Below are positions 50,044 to 62,204 of a DNA stretch of 64,000 nt, piece by piece. Within the stretch, counting starts at the first letter, position 1. Each line of letters opens with the position of its first letter. The position numbers and the translations under genes were made by a program. The notes beneath the pieces are model-generated. The model was not told the DNA's origin. It worked only from the letters and a program-made list of their open reading frames with translations, and did not search any database. This DNA is from Macrostomum lignano (Eukaryota), in assembly GCA_002269645.1 (NCBI GenBank), contig NIVC01000452.1:248001-312000 (forward strand). Direction: 5' to 3'.

Positions 50044-51345
50044 CCGGGTGTCCAGATTGAACGGAAACGCTGCTGATTTTTTGAATATTTTTTACAATTT
50101 CTCAGCAAGACAAGCAGCTGTACCATTTATTTTTGACAAGAGTAAACAGGAAGGTGTCAGCATTGTTCTTATTCAAAATGGCCGCCATTGGCCGCGATCA
50201 CGCGCTCCAGCCTCTTCCTGAACTGCTGGCACACCTTCCTCACATAGTTGGTGTCCATTCTCTCCCACGCCAGCTGAACAGCAGCCTGCAGCGCTTCCAC
50301 ACTGCTGTGGCAGGATCTGCAGGCCTCACTCTCCACACGCTGCCAGATTGAGAAGTCCAGCGGATTCAGGTCCGGACTGGAGGGCGGCCACATAGTCTTC
50401 GGCCAGAAGTTCGCCATGTTGTCCGCCAAGAACTGCTGGGTTGTGGCCGCTGTGTGAGCCGGAGCACCGTCCTGCTGCCACACGTACTGTCCATCAGGGT
50501 ACTGCTGACGCAGCCAAGGCAGCACGTGCTGCTGCAGCAGCTGCTGGTAGCATGCAGCATTCACTTTGGTGCCTGGGTTGATGAAAATGGGGGGACACCT
50601 CCGTCCATCGCTCGCAACGATGCCCAGCATCATGATGGAGGCCGGGTGCTTAGACTTCATACTGTACTTCACGTGGGCAGGTGTGTCCGCGCTGCTGGCG
50701 GCACTGATGTAGCGAGTGTTGCACCTGTTCACGGCTTGTTCACAGGTGAACAGTTTCTCGTCGCTGAACACGCGCACCAGCGAGCCGTGGTTCTTCACCC
50801 ACGTGAGCAACTGCCTGCACCGCTTGAGACGCGACACCTTCTGCTTCGAAGTGATGAGGTTCTTCGGCACCACCGCCCTGGACACCATGCCGAGGTCTTC
50901 TTTGACGAGCTCCGACATTGTCGTCTTGCTCATGTCGTGCTCACGTGCCAGTTGGCGAATCGACCTTTGGGAATTTCGGTTGACCTTCGCCCGGACGGCT
51001 GCGACGGTCTTCTTCGTCCTTTTTGTCCTCGGACGACCACCCCCATGTCTTTTGGTGACATCTGCTGTGTCGTTCAGCAGCTTCCTCACAGTGAAAATCC
51101 TCTTTCTGCTCACGTTGAGCACTTCTCTGATGTCGCTAGTTGACTTTCCAGCGCAAAGTAATTTAGCGATTGCTCGTCTTTGAGCCTCGTGCTCAGCCAT
51201 GGTTAGGAATAAAGCTGCAAGAGTGGATGTATTAAATTCTGTGATTTCTGCTGGTTCTGACACCCATGCAAAATTTTGAATTTTGCGAAAGATTACATAA
51301 TTAACGAGGTTTTAAGCAGCGTTTCCGTTCAATCCGGACACCCGG
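50044..51345 (-). mobile_element. Full-length Tc1/mariner DD37D (maT/Bmmar1-like) transposon, 1302 bp
   Basis: 31-bp TIRs ccgggtgtcc[a/g]gattgaacggaaacgctgct (1 mismatch), TA flanks within a (TA)n tract, intact transposase. Confidence 0.95.
50169..51263 (-). CDS. DD37D transposase (HTH + DDD catalytic domain)
   Basis: VFSDEKLF, WQQDGAPAH and WPPSSPDLNPLDFSIW, with 37 residues between D2 and D3. The start may be the second Met (MAEHEAQRR). Confidence 0.95.
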   Translation of the reverse strand: MSEPAEITEFNTSTLAALFLTMAEHEAQRRAIAKLLCAGKSTSDIREVLNVSRKRIFTVRKLLNDTADVTKRHGGGRPRTKRTKKTVAAVRAKVNRNSQRSIRQLAREHDMSKTTMSELVKEDLGMVSRAVVPKNLITSKQKVSRLKRCRQLLTWVKNHGSLVRVFSDEKLFTCEQAVNRCNTRYISAASSADTPAHVKYSMKSKHPASIMMLGIVASDGRRCPPIFINPGTKVNAACYQQLLQQHVLPWLRQQYPDGQYVWQQDGAPAHTAATTQQFLADNMANFWPKTMWPPSSPDLNPLDFSIWQRVESEACRSCHSSVEALQAAVQLAWERMDTNYVRKVCQQFRKRLERVIAANGGHFE

Positions 51346-52291
51346 TATATATAGATAGATAGAAGATCTATCAATCTATATATATTTATGTTTTATATTT
51401 ACATATGATATATGTATATATTTACATAAGTTTTATTATAGATATTTTAATATACTTATACATCATCTAAAACAATAAAAATCATAGGAAGGCTCCCATT
51501 GACTCTTGGAACTCTTTTTAATTTATATTTGGCTAATATTTTTTAAGATAAAAGAATTAAAAGAATATATCTTTTAAAGTAGATAATTTTCATAATAGAC
51601 ATAAATAATATCCAATGAAATCAATATCAACTAGATCTAGCTATATTAGTAGTACTATAGTAATATTGTCTATTAGTTATTAATATTGTAAAGTTGGACA
51701 TAGGTTTTGAAAGGGACATTAAAATATAGGAGGAAAAATAGGTCATTAAGAAGGATGAAAAGAAGGATAAACAGAGGATAAATCAAGGAATACTAGTTAA
51801 ATAAAAATATAGAGAGATCAATAGATAAGAAAGCACATGGCTTGATTAATATTTAAAACTTATAAAAGGTAAAAGAATAAATTATCTTTTTAGGTTTTAT
51901 AAACAGTTTAAAGGCTATTTTCTTTAATAAAACACAGGTATGTACATATATGTATACAAATAACTTATTGTTAATATATTAAGTTTTGATTTTTAGTATA
52001 TTGGAGGATAAATTGAAGACTTTAAAAAATTAGATTCAGTATATTATATATAGTACCAATTTCAGTTGCTAGCAATTATCTAAGTTAATATAGTTCATTT
52101 TTATATTATGACTTCAACATTGATATTCCTAAATTATGAAATAGTTTTTTCATGCATTTCTATAAAAAATAATATGAATAAATATTTTATCACAATTTTC
52201 AGGGCATCTAAAAACGATGTGAATTGATACTAGTATATAGCATGAGCCTACCTAAATATTAGATTTTTTTATTCTAATCAACCATTCCAAC

Positions 52292-55200
52292 ATGGCTTCT
52301 CTAACTGATGAGTTTGGTAAAAGAAGAGTAATCAATATCCAAGTGATTGGGTTCGACTTTTCTGAAGGATATATTGTAAGTTAATCTTATATCCACAATT
52401 GAAAAATAGTATAATGTAAATAATTTATGTTTCAAACCACAAATGTTTTTGGTCCTCTGTTCTGAATTCCAGAACTATGAGATTGAAATCTGCATTGCAA
52501 ATGTCTGCTGGTTGGTCAGGCGAAGATTCAGCGAATTTTTTGCACTCCATCAAACAGTGAGTGGGTCATCATTACCTTACCTCTGTTCGTGTGTCTTTAA
52601 TCCCCTGTCCTTTAGTGTCCTCCTAATTCCTCTCCACAAGCTTTAATTAACTTCAACTTGCAGTTGTGCAGCCAGCGCGCATTTGAGATGCGCTCCCTGT
52701 CTGCCAAGCTGCCGCCCAAGAAGGCCTCTCTCGGAGGCAACTTGTCAACTCGACTGGCCGAAGAGCGACAGCGGGCCCTGTCAATCTACCTGCAGGCTCT
52801 GGTTGGCCTATTTGACAACTTACCAATGCCTTTGGTCAGGTTCCTGCTCTGGGATAAATATGTGAGCTGATAAATTGTATTTTTTACTTGACTGCAGGGG
52901 TGGGGCTGATAGCTCAGCCGTAAGGCCCCTCGGACTCCTAAAAATTCACGCCTATGAGAGCCAACCCCCAGTGAGTAAGTGAGTGAGTGAGCGAGAGAGA
53001 GAGTGATTGACTGAGTGAGTAAGTAAGTAAGTGAGTGACTGACTGAGTGAGTGAGTGACTTAGTAAGTGAGTGACTGAGTGAGTGAGTGACTTAGTAAGT
53101 GAGTGACTGAGTGAGTGAGTGACTTAGTAAGTGAGTGAGTGAGTGAGTGAGTGAGTGACTTAGTAAGTGAGTGACTGAGTGAGTGAGTGACTTAGTAAGT
53201 GAGTGACTGAGTGAGTGAGTGACTTAGTAAGTGAGTGAGCAAGTCGGAGAGTGAGGGATTGAGTGGGTAATTGAGTGACTAAGTACGTGAGTGAGTGATT
53301 GACTGAGTGACACTTACGACTGAGTAAGTAAGTAAGTGAGTAAGTAAGTAAGTGAGTGAGTGACTGACTGAGTGAGTGAGTGACTGACTGACTGAGTAAG
53401 TGAGTGAGTGAGCAAGTGAGTGATTGACTGAGTAAGTAAGTGAGTGAGTGAGTGCGTGCGTGTGTGCAGAAGTTACTCACACTGAATTATTCACTCTCAC
53501 TACTGCACCTGCTGCTCAGGAGGTGCAGGGCATCACGGCCAGCCTCACCGAGTACCTATTCGAAAAGGGCTCGGCCTGGCTAGCCAGCGGTCACGCGTTC
53601 GAGTTCTCAGTGGTGCAGGTGTACGCCGTTAATAAACGGATGGAGATTGCGGCGCCTACTTGTCGTGAGTGTCTCCCAGATGCTGGCATTTCCATTGCTG
53701 CTTTTTTGCTTTGAGTTTGAGTACGGATTTATTTACAGAAATCTCTATACTAGCGTCAATTGACATTCGATGATGTACGAGTTTGGGGTTATTTTCAGTG
53801 CTGCTTACTGCTGGCCCGGCATTCGGGATCAAGGGTTGGGATTATAAGATTTGGAATCGAGGAATGGGATTTGAGATTGGGATCGATCAGAAATGGAATT
53901 TGGGATTTGGGATTGGGATCAAGGAATGGAATTTGGGATTTGGGATTGGGATCAAGGAATGGAATTTGGGATTTGGGATTGGGATCAAGGAATGGAATTT
54001 AGGATTTGGGATTGGGATCAAGGAATGGAATTTGGGATTCCATAAATTTGTAATTCTGGTATTCCCAGAGTCAGAATCAGGGTATGAACATTAAACACAA
54101 GAAATCACGAAGCTCGCAAGCAGAATTCCCAAAGCTCTGACTGAACCAACCAAACACCCAACAGAGCCCGGCCGCAGTTTCCGTTCGGATTTTGGCCACC
54201 TGCTGGAGTTCATAGCCAGTCTGGAGGTGGCCGGTCTGTACGGCAGTCCCGGCCGCTACGGCAGCAGCGACCTGCCTGTGCAGCAGCTGCCAGTCAGTCT
54301 GGCCCCGTTCCGCAGTCTCCGCCGTCTCCAGCTCACCTGCGTCCGGCCCGGCCAGCTCACCGGCTTGGATCGCCTGCCGCTGACGGAACTTCAGCTGCGC
54401 CGCTGCTCGCCCGTAGACGCCGGCAAAGACTGCTGGACTGACGATGCCGAGCTGTCCCGTCTGCTGGATCAGCTGCCTAGGCTGGAGAGGCTCAGCGCCG
54501 ATGCGGTGCCCACAGTTCGACTGCTCCGCCTTCTGGGGCCTCAGCGGGCAGCTCGAATTCGGCTGAACGGCAGGCTCCCTGTGGCAGCGGAAACGGTGGA
54601 GACTCAGGCGGCTGCTGGCACCTTTTCTGATCTGCACAGACCGTGTGATAATAGCGTTGGTGCGGCTGTGACCGCTTCTTCCGAGTGTACAGGTGAGAGT
54701 TTGAAGCTTGGGGATTGTGAAGATTAGGGATTATGAAGCTTGGGCTATTGTGAAGTCGGATTTTTGTTGATTAAGTAATCAACGTGCCACATAGAGCGTT
54801 TTTTTCACCATCTGGCCAATCAGCGCACAAGGTCTGGGGGTGAGGGGCAGGGCGAGTAGGAGAGGGGCCAGAGCTAGAATAGCCAGCCAATCAGCGCTCA
54901 AGGTCTTGGAATGAGGGGCAGGGCGAGTAGGAGAGAGGGGCCAGAGCTAGAATAGCCAGCCAATCAGCGCGCAAGGTCTTGGGGTGAGGGGCAGGGCGAG
55001 TAGGGGAGGGGCCAGAGCTAGAATAGCCAGCCAATCAGCGAGCTCTGAGGGCTCATGCCAAAAGAATGGTCAGACATTCTCATCTCATATTACACGATGT
55101 AGTAAACATTAGGAATATCGTCTAATGCAATTTAAATCCCAAAATAAAAAATTATTCAGAAAGTCAAGCGGCCACGTCGCCTGTGTCAGTCTGTTCCTCC

Positions 55201-58200
55201 TCTAAATCTAATCTCGGCGACAATGGTCCAGCAGCTGATGAGGCGTCGCCGCAGCCTGAATTGGCGCCGTTTGCTAACGCTCAGCACCTGGCGTCTGGCG
55301 CCCACAATGGCGCCTCGACGTCGCCATCAGCAGCAGCCGCCTATTGCCGACTGCTCACCGACGCCGCCGCCGCAGTCGACGAAGACTATTACTCAGATGA
55401 CGAGGTCGCCGCTGGTGGCCGGCTGCCTGTGTGTCATCTGGCCAGCCTGAGCTCCGCTGGCCGGCTGAGCATCGATGGCGAAGACCGCGGCCGGATTCTG
55501 GGGGTGGCGATTGGGCCTGGCGATGCCTGCCTAGCGATGCAGCTGGATGATGGAGCAGACGGTTGCTGTTGCTGTCTGGTGCTGGGCCCGCGGCTAACCC
55601 GCCTCTGGACGGCCGCTTTGCCACCGGGCTGTCCGGCGCGTTGCGTCACCGCGCGTCGAGCAGTGCGCCAATTTGGCGCCAGCAGCAACGAAGTGAGATT
55701 CTATTCGTTGGCGCTATTGCTAACCGGAGTGCACCAGTCGGTCAGCCTGCTGGTCACCGATACCAGCCTGATGCTGATTGACGAGACTGCCAGCCTGGCC
55801 GATGGCGTCGGTCTGCCGTCGGCGTTGCTAAGCGACCAATTCGATCGTGAAGATGGCGTCGAAAAGGACCAGTCAGCAAGCGGAGAGATTGATGTCAGAG
55901 GTCAATCAGCAAGCGGTGAGATTGATGTCAGAGATCAGTCAGCAAGCGCTGAGATTGATGTCAGAGATCAGTCAGCAAGCGGAGAGATTGATGTCAGAGA
56001 TCAGTCAGCAAGCGGAGAGATTGATGTCAGAGATCAGTCAGCAAGCGGAGAGATTGATGTCAGAGGTCAATCAGCAAGCGGAGAGATTGATGTCAGAGGT
56101 CAATCAGCAAGCGGAGAGATTGATGTCAGAGATCAATCAGCAAGCGCTGAGATTGATGTCAGAGATCAGTCAGCAAGCGGTGAGATTGATGTCAGAGATC
56201 AGTCAGCAAGCGGTGAGATTGATGTCAGAGATCAGTCAGCAAGCGGAGAGATTGATGTCAGAGATCAGTCAGCAAGCGGTGAGATTGATGTCAGAGGTCA
56301 ATCAGCAAGCGGAGAGATTGATGTCAGAGATCAGTCAGCAAGCGGAGAGATTGATGTCAGAGATCAGTCAGCAAGCGGAGAGATTGATGTCAGAGATCAG
56401 TCAGCAAGCGGAGAGATTGATGTCAGAGATCAGTCAGCAAGCGGAGAGATTGATGTCAGAGGTCAATCAGCAAGCGGTGAGATTGATGTCAGAGGTCAGT
56501 CAGCAAGCGGAGAGATTGATGTCAGAGGTCAGTCAGCAAGCGGTGAGATTGATGTCATAGGTCAATCAGCAAGCGGTGAGATTGATGTCAGAGATCAGTC
56601 AGCAGGACATGAGATTGATGTCAGAGATCAGTCAGCAAGCGGTGAGATTGATGTCAGAGGTCAATCAGCAAGCGGAGAGATTGATGTCAGAGGTCAATCA
56701 GCAAGCGGAGAGATTGATGTCAGAGATCAGTCAGCAAGCGGTGAGATTGATGTCAGAGATCAGTCAGCAGGACATGAGATTGATGTCAGAGATCAGTCAG
56801 CAAGTGGAGAGATTGATGTCAAAGATCAGTCAGCAGGACATGAGATTGATGTCAGAGATCAGTCAGCAGGACATGAGATTGATGTCAGAGATCAGTCAGC
56901 AAGCGGTGAGATTGATGTCAGAGATCAGTCAGCAGGACATGAGATTGATGTCAGAGATCAGTCAGCAAGTGGAGAGATTGATGTCAAAGATCAGTCAGCA
57001 GGACATGAGATTGATGTCAGAGATCAGTCAGCAAGCGGAGAGATTGATGTCAGAGATCAGTCAGCAGGACATGAGATTGATGTCAGAGATCAGTCAGCAA
57101 GTGGAGAGATTGATGTCAGAGATCAGTCAGCAAGTGGAGAGATTGATGTCAGAGATCAGTCAGCAGGACATGAGATTGATGTCAGAGATCAGTCAGCAAG
57201 TGGAGAGATTGATGTCAGAGATCAGTCAGCAGGACATGAGATTGATGTCAGAGGTCAATCAGCAAGCGGAGAGATTGATGTCAGAGATCAGTCAGCAGGA
57301 CATGAGATTGATGTCAGAGGTCAATCAGCAAGCGGAGAGATTGCCCGAAAAGTGCCAATGTCGAATGGTGACGTAGTTGCTGGTTCCGCAAGTATTTCTG
57401 GTGCTCGTATCTCGCAAGTATCTCGAGTCGCGAACTCGAATGTTAGCTCCATTAGGGGTTGTGCAGATGACAACATCCCAGATGAAGACAGTGCCGACAG
57501 CAGCACTGAGGAGGTCGAGTGCCGGCCGCCCGCCTACCGGCTAAGCCTGTTGCGGAGTTTCCACCTGTCGGCTATTCAACTGGCCGAGCCGGCTGAAGTC
57601 GGACCGGCCGGCGGAGCCGACTGTCACGGTGTCCGGCTTCATCTAGCCGGCGAGGCTGCCTTCCCCAGCATCCTGTTGGGCCTGCCGTGCCCGCAGCTTT
57701 GCCAACAATTGCTGACGGTTATCGCCGATTCGTCAAAAACTTTGACAGCCTCTGAATTGGAACCGGAGCCAGTTGCTTGTAAAATTAGTAATCCGGAAGC
57801 CAAGGAGAAGACTGAAGCAGATCGAACCAATATCGTCGAAGATGAAGCGTTGAGCGTAGATAAATTCGCATGTACAGTTGTGCGGTACAGCCAGCCGGGT
57901 GTACAACTGGCCTCGGAGGCTGTCCTGCTTGCGGGCGGTAGTCAGCTACAAGTGCGCTCCTTGGCTGATGATGCAGTCTGCTGGACCGGCGAACATCGGA
58001 CTTTCACTCCGTTCTTGTTGGTCTATTCGGCGCCAGCCTTCGCTTCATTGTTGACAGCGGAACTGTTCACGACGATTTGACGCTGCTGACCCGCGACTTG
58101 GCCGTCACCGAGCGTATCGTTGAGTGTCTGCGCCGCGGCGACGGAGGAAGCGTCGATCAGCAGCAGCAGTCGGCCGTTGGTCAAGAAGACAAAGCAGCCG

Positions 58201-58785
58201 GAGAAGACCTGACGATCCGTCCAAGCTTTTCTATTCGACAATGCGACGCGGCAGTTTCCGCTGCCCGGGCGGCAGGCCGGTTGTGCACTATTGGCCAGGC
58301 GAAGAGCGTCTGGAACCGCTGCGCCAGCTGCTGGCCTGCTCGGAGCTGCTGTTCTACTCGCTGCTGCCTACTAATGACGTTCACGGCTTGCTTGACGAGG
58401 ATCGCGACGATGCTGGTGTCGGCGGCAGGGAGGCAGACAACGAAGCTCACGGAGACGCTGGCAGTTATCCGCCTCGGGCGCTGGTTCTCACCGACTCCTG
58501 CGCCGCGCTGCTGTGGCACAACATCGCCCAGTACCCGCTGTCTAATCACGCCGACCGGCCGGCCGTCTGGCCGGAGTTTCGCTGCCAGCGTCGTTTAGCT
58601 CTGACGACATTGCCGGCGCTTTATTGAGAACGTTCGATCCGGCGCGTCTGCTACTGCGCTGTCGGCGAGGCGGCGACGGCTCTGAGTGGGACTTGGACTT
58701 GCTGCTGGCCGGCTCCAGAGATGCCGATCGGTTTGTTCGAAGCCTCGGCTCTCTGTTGCCCGATTTGGAGGTGAACTATTTGTGA
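52292..58785 (+). CDS. NISCH: Nischarin homolog (PX domain, LRR-like segment, C-terminal region); three -1 frameshifts in the last ~800 nt
   Basis: Exons 52292-52375, 52473-52556, 52664-52861, 53520-53664, 54165-54692 and 55160-58785 are phase-compatible. Matches to nischarin: WLVRRRFSEFFALH, LPPKK, EVQGITASLTEYLFEKG...QVYAVNKRM...PTC, DFGHLLEF, VLVGLFGASLRF...LLTRD, ALVLTDS...HNIAQYPL. Confidence 0.9.
52970..53460 (+). repeat. (GAGT)n/(GTAAGT)-rich low-complexity repeat in NISCH intron 3
   Basis: Runs of gagtgagt, gtaagt and gactgagt. Confidence 0.92.
53855..54038. repeat. 33-bp minisatellite (ggaatggaatttgggatttgggattgggatcaa) in NISCH intron 4
   Basis: About 5 tandem units. Confidence 0.9.
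54812..55040. repeat. ~70-bp tandem repeat with CCAAT (gccaatcagcg...gaggggcagggcgagtagg...gctagaatagcca) in NISCH intron 5
   Basis: About 3.3 near-identical units. Confidence 0.88.
55867..57341 (+). repeat. In-frame coding 33-bp repeat encoding DQSA(S/G)(G/H)EIDVR, about 45 copies
   Basis: Open frame continuous with nischarin-like sequence on both sides (ORF 55183-58080). Confidence 0.9.
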
Positions 58786-59635
58786 TTTTAACCGCCTTAA
58801 AATACTACTTATCAAATCAGAAAAGTAGTATGAATAGCGTTTTTTGCTATTTTTCTGTATTTCCCTTAAATGTTAATCCTGTGATAAACTGTATAATTGA
58901 TACGCTCGTAGTTGTACATAGATCCATTAAGCTAATTCCTTGCGTTTAAAATTAAATAATTCCACTTATAAATTTGTCATGCACTTAAATTATATACGAT
59001 TATTTTAATCTCATTTTGTGCTTATTTTTCAGCAGTGTTGTCCAATCCAAATTGCCAAGTCGATTTGCTATATAGCATTGATTCGCGATCTCGATTACTT
59101 TAAAGCATTTCGGATTTTTTCAAATTAATATACCCATCCAAATTCTCTTCAAGACTGTGTGGCACTCTCTGGAGGCACTTTTCTTACATAGTATCGGAAG
59201 TAAGAGTATTGCATATGAATATTTTCTTCATAAAAATTGAATGAATATAAAATGGACAAGTAACTGAAATGAAAAGTCTAAATTAAAGTCAATAAACTTG
59301 AGTTTTCAATATTTCTCTCGTAATTTAATTTTATGTATTACTATGAGTAGTATAAAATAAATTTAAATCACTCTATATTCCATTCTTTATCGATGCATGA
59401 AGACAGAGTTATTTTATCTGAAAAAATACTTAATAATCGAATTTGAGAACCCTAGAGCAGAAGCAATTAGCAAATTAGCTCTCTTAAGTGTTTTTCGATA
59501 CATATCGGATACTTATAATATTTCTTTTATCAGACAAAGAAAAGTTATCAGGATGAAACAATTTTGCTTTAAATTTATTTAATATATATTTACAATAATT
59601 ATATTATATTAAACTATATTTAAAAAATATTCGAG

Positions 59636-59708
59636 CGACCACGCCAGGACTCGAACCTGGAATCTTCTGATCCGTAGTCAGACGCGTTATCCATTGCGCC
59701 ACGCGGCC
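59636..59708 (-). tRNA. tRNA-Arg(ACG)
   Basis: Reverse strand GGCCGCGTGGCGCAATGGATAACGCGTCTGACT-ACG-GATCAGAAGATTCCAGGTTCGAGTCCTGGCGTGGTCG: 73 nt, canonical cloverleaf, A/B boxes, no encoded CCA. Confidence 0.97.
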
Positions 59709-60669
59709 CTCAATAGATGCGACCACGGAAGAGCAGATTTGTTTAGAGTGAGGCGGACATTCACGTGATGTCACGTGACCTTTTGCTTACTACAAGTAAG
59801 CAAAAATCTCTCTGATATATATATATTCAGCTTATATATAGCTTAATAGAAGTTTGCGTCACTCGCTAATTAAATTAAATTTAAGAGGGCTTAGAGTATC
59901 AAAGTATTCATTCTTACTATTCTTATTATGTACTGTATATTAACAGTTCCGTACTCGAATAAAGAGCGTATTATTTATTTATGAAATAATACGACGGGAG
60001 AAACAGTTACTATTGTGATATAATATCTTAAGTACGAAAACAGAGAAAAACAGAAATCGAAGAAGAATGGTGCGGAAATCTTATTCGCGCAGAAATTCGA
60101 GCAAAGCAATAGCTAGTAGAAGTCGGTAGACGCAAAGACAGATGGATGAAGCCAAGCAAAAATGCAATGCAACAAACCGATGAAAAAAGCGCGCAGGTGA
60201 ACTACTAGTAGTAGTAGGAGGATTATCATTTTCATGCGAATAAAATATTAACCGATATAATATGCGTGGCTTTTCGAATTATTATGACTGTATCGGCTGT
60301 CGATATGCTTTAGCGCTCACGTGCCTTGCAAATAAAATTGTGATAATAATAAATAAATTACTATACAATAGTTCATGTTAACGAGGTACATAAATAACAA
60401 ATATTTGACACAGACTTAATACTAACAGAACTGAAGAAAACTAACTCCGTATACGAATCACAAGTAGGCAGAATTTTTATTCATTACATTGTTTAATTTG
60501 CTTAAAAAGTCACTAATAAATTATTCGACATGCGCGTATTAATGTCAATAATGCCTTGTTAACTCACCGCGGCATTTTGTGTCGGAGTTTTAATGATACG
60601 AGCTCTTTTTGGCTTAGTGTGCCGTCTGTCGCCCATCTATTGTCCAGTGCGCTTATATCTATTGCCCCA

Positions 60670-61360
60670 TTTGTCTATATCTATGGCCCAATCCGTATAT
60701 CTATGGCCCAATCTGTCTATATCATGGCCCAATCTGTATATCTATGGCCCAATCTGTATATCTATGACCCAATCTGTCTACATCCATGGCCCAATCTGTG
60801 TATATCTATGGCCCAATCTGTCTATATCTATGGCCCAATCTGTGTATATCTATGGCCCAATCTGTCTATATCTATGGCCCAATCTGTGTATATCTATGGC
60901 CCAATCTGTCTATATCTATGGCCCAAACTGTCTACATCCATGGCCCAATCTGTGTATATCTATGGCCCAATCTGTCTATATCTATGGCCCAATCTGTCTA
61001 TATCTATGCCCAATCTGTCTATATCTATGGCCCAATCTGTCTACATCCACGGCCCAATCTGTCTACATCCATGGCCCAATCTGTGTATATCTATGGCCCA
61101 ATCTGTGTATATCTATGACCCAATCTGTCTACATCCATGGCCCAATCTGTGTATATCTATGGCCCAATCTGTGTATATCTATGGCCCAATCTGTATATCT
61201 ATGGCCCAATCTGTGTATATCTATGACCCAATCTGTCTACATCCATGGCCCAATCTGTCTGTATCTATACCCAATCTGTCTACATCCATGGCCCAATCTG
61301 TGTATATCTATGGCCCAATCTGTCTATATGGCCCAATCTGTCTATCTATGGCCCAATGGA
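60670..61360. repeat. 22-bp minisatellite (atctatggcccaatctgtgtat)
   Basis: Direct tandem units with 22-aa periodic pseudo-ORFs. Confidence 0.94.
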
Positions 61361-61768
61361 TCCATAGACTGTCAAACTTGAACAAAAAGAAGCTAATGAC
61401 CGTGAATAAAATAGCTCGTATCAATGCCGCAGGCAGGCGCTAACAATCAAGAAGGAGGTGCAACACAAATACGCTTTGCATATATAAAGATGTGGTCGGA
61501 AAAAAAACAAATAGAAAAAAGCGTCGCATCACAGAAAGCAATAAAACAACGAAAACGGTTTTTGTTCTTTGAAAAAATAATAATAGTATAAAACAGCCTG
61601 TCAGGTATATAAAAAACTTAACTCGACTAATTGATATGTAGCCCAACTTTCGAGAATTGACAATAATACACTGCGACTTAGCTATATAAAACACCATTGA
61701 CAAGAGAGTCAAATTAAAGCATTAACCTGTCTGGTCCTTTCTTACTCTCAGTTTAGAAAGAAAATAAA

Positions 61769-62173
61769 TCAATTATCAGAGTTTGACGAGTTTGAACCGG
61801 CGCTAGAGCCGCCTCGCGATTTCTGCTTCAGAATCTCTTGACGAAGCTCTTCGGCTCGGGTTTTAAATGAAGTCGAAGAATCTTGCGGGGAGGGTAGCTG
61901 CTGCTGCTGCTGCTGCGGAGGCGGCTGTGGCGGCGACAGGACGACAGGCTTTGCTAGTGTCGGTGGCGGAGGCGGCTTCCTAGGGGAACTGGCAGTTGTT
62001 GGTGTCTGTTGCTGCTGCTCCGATTGAGCAATTTCAATGCGAGCCATCACGCCGCCACTACGCCGGCCCAGCTGCGCTTCAATATGTCCGGTTGGATTCA
62101 GGCCGGCCTCGAGTCGTTCTCGGCGCTTAGCAATCAAAGCTTTCAGCTCGCGTTCGTAATCCGATGCTTTCTG

Positions 62174-62204
<31 letters not shown>

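Noticed and set aside
50454-51183. Plus-strand ORFs overlapping the transposase
   Set aside because: Antisense shadows of a GC-rich coding sequence.
55183-58080. 965-aa ORF as an independent gene
   Set aside because: It is the in-frame last exon of nischarin (acceptor at 55159, phase 1), ended early by a frameshift.
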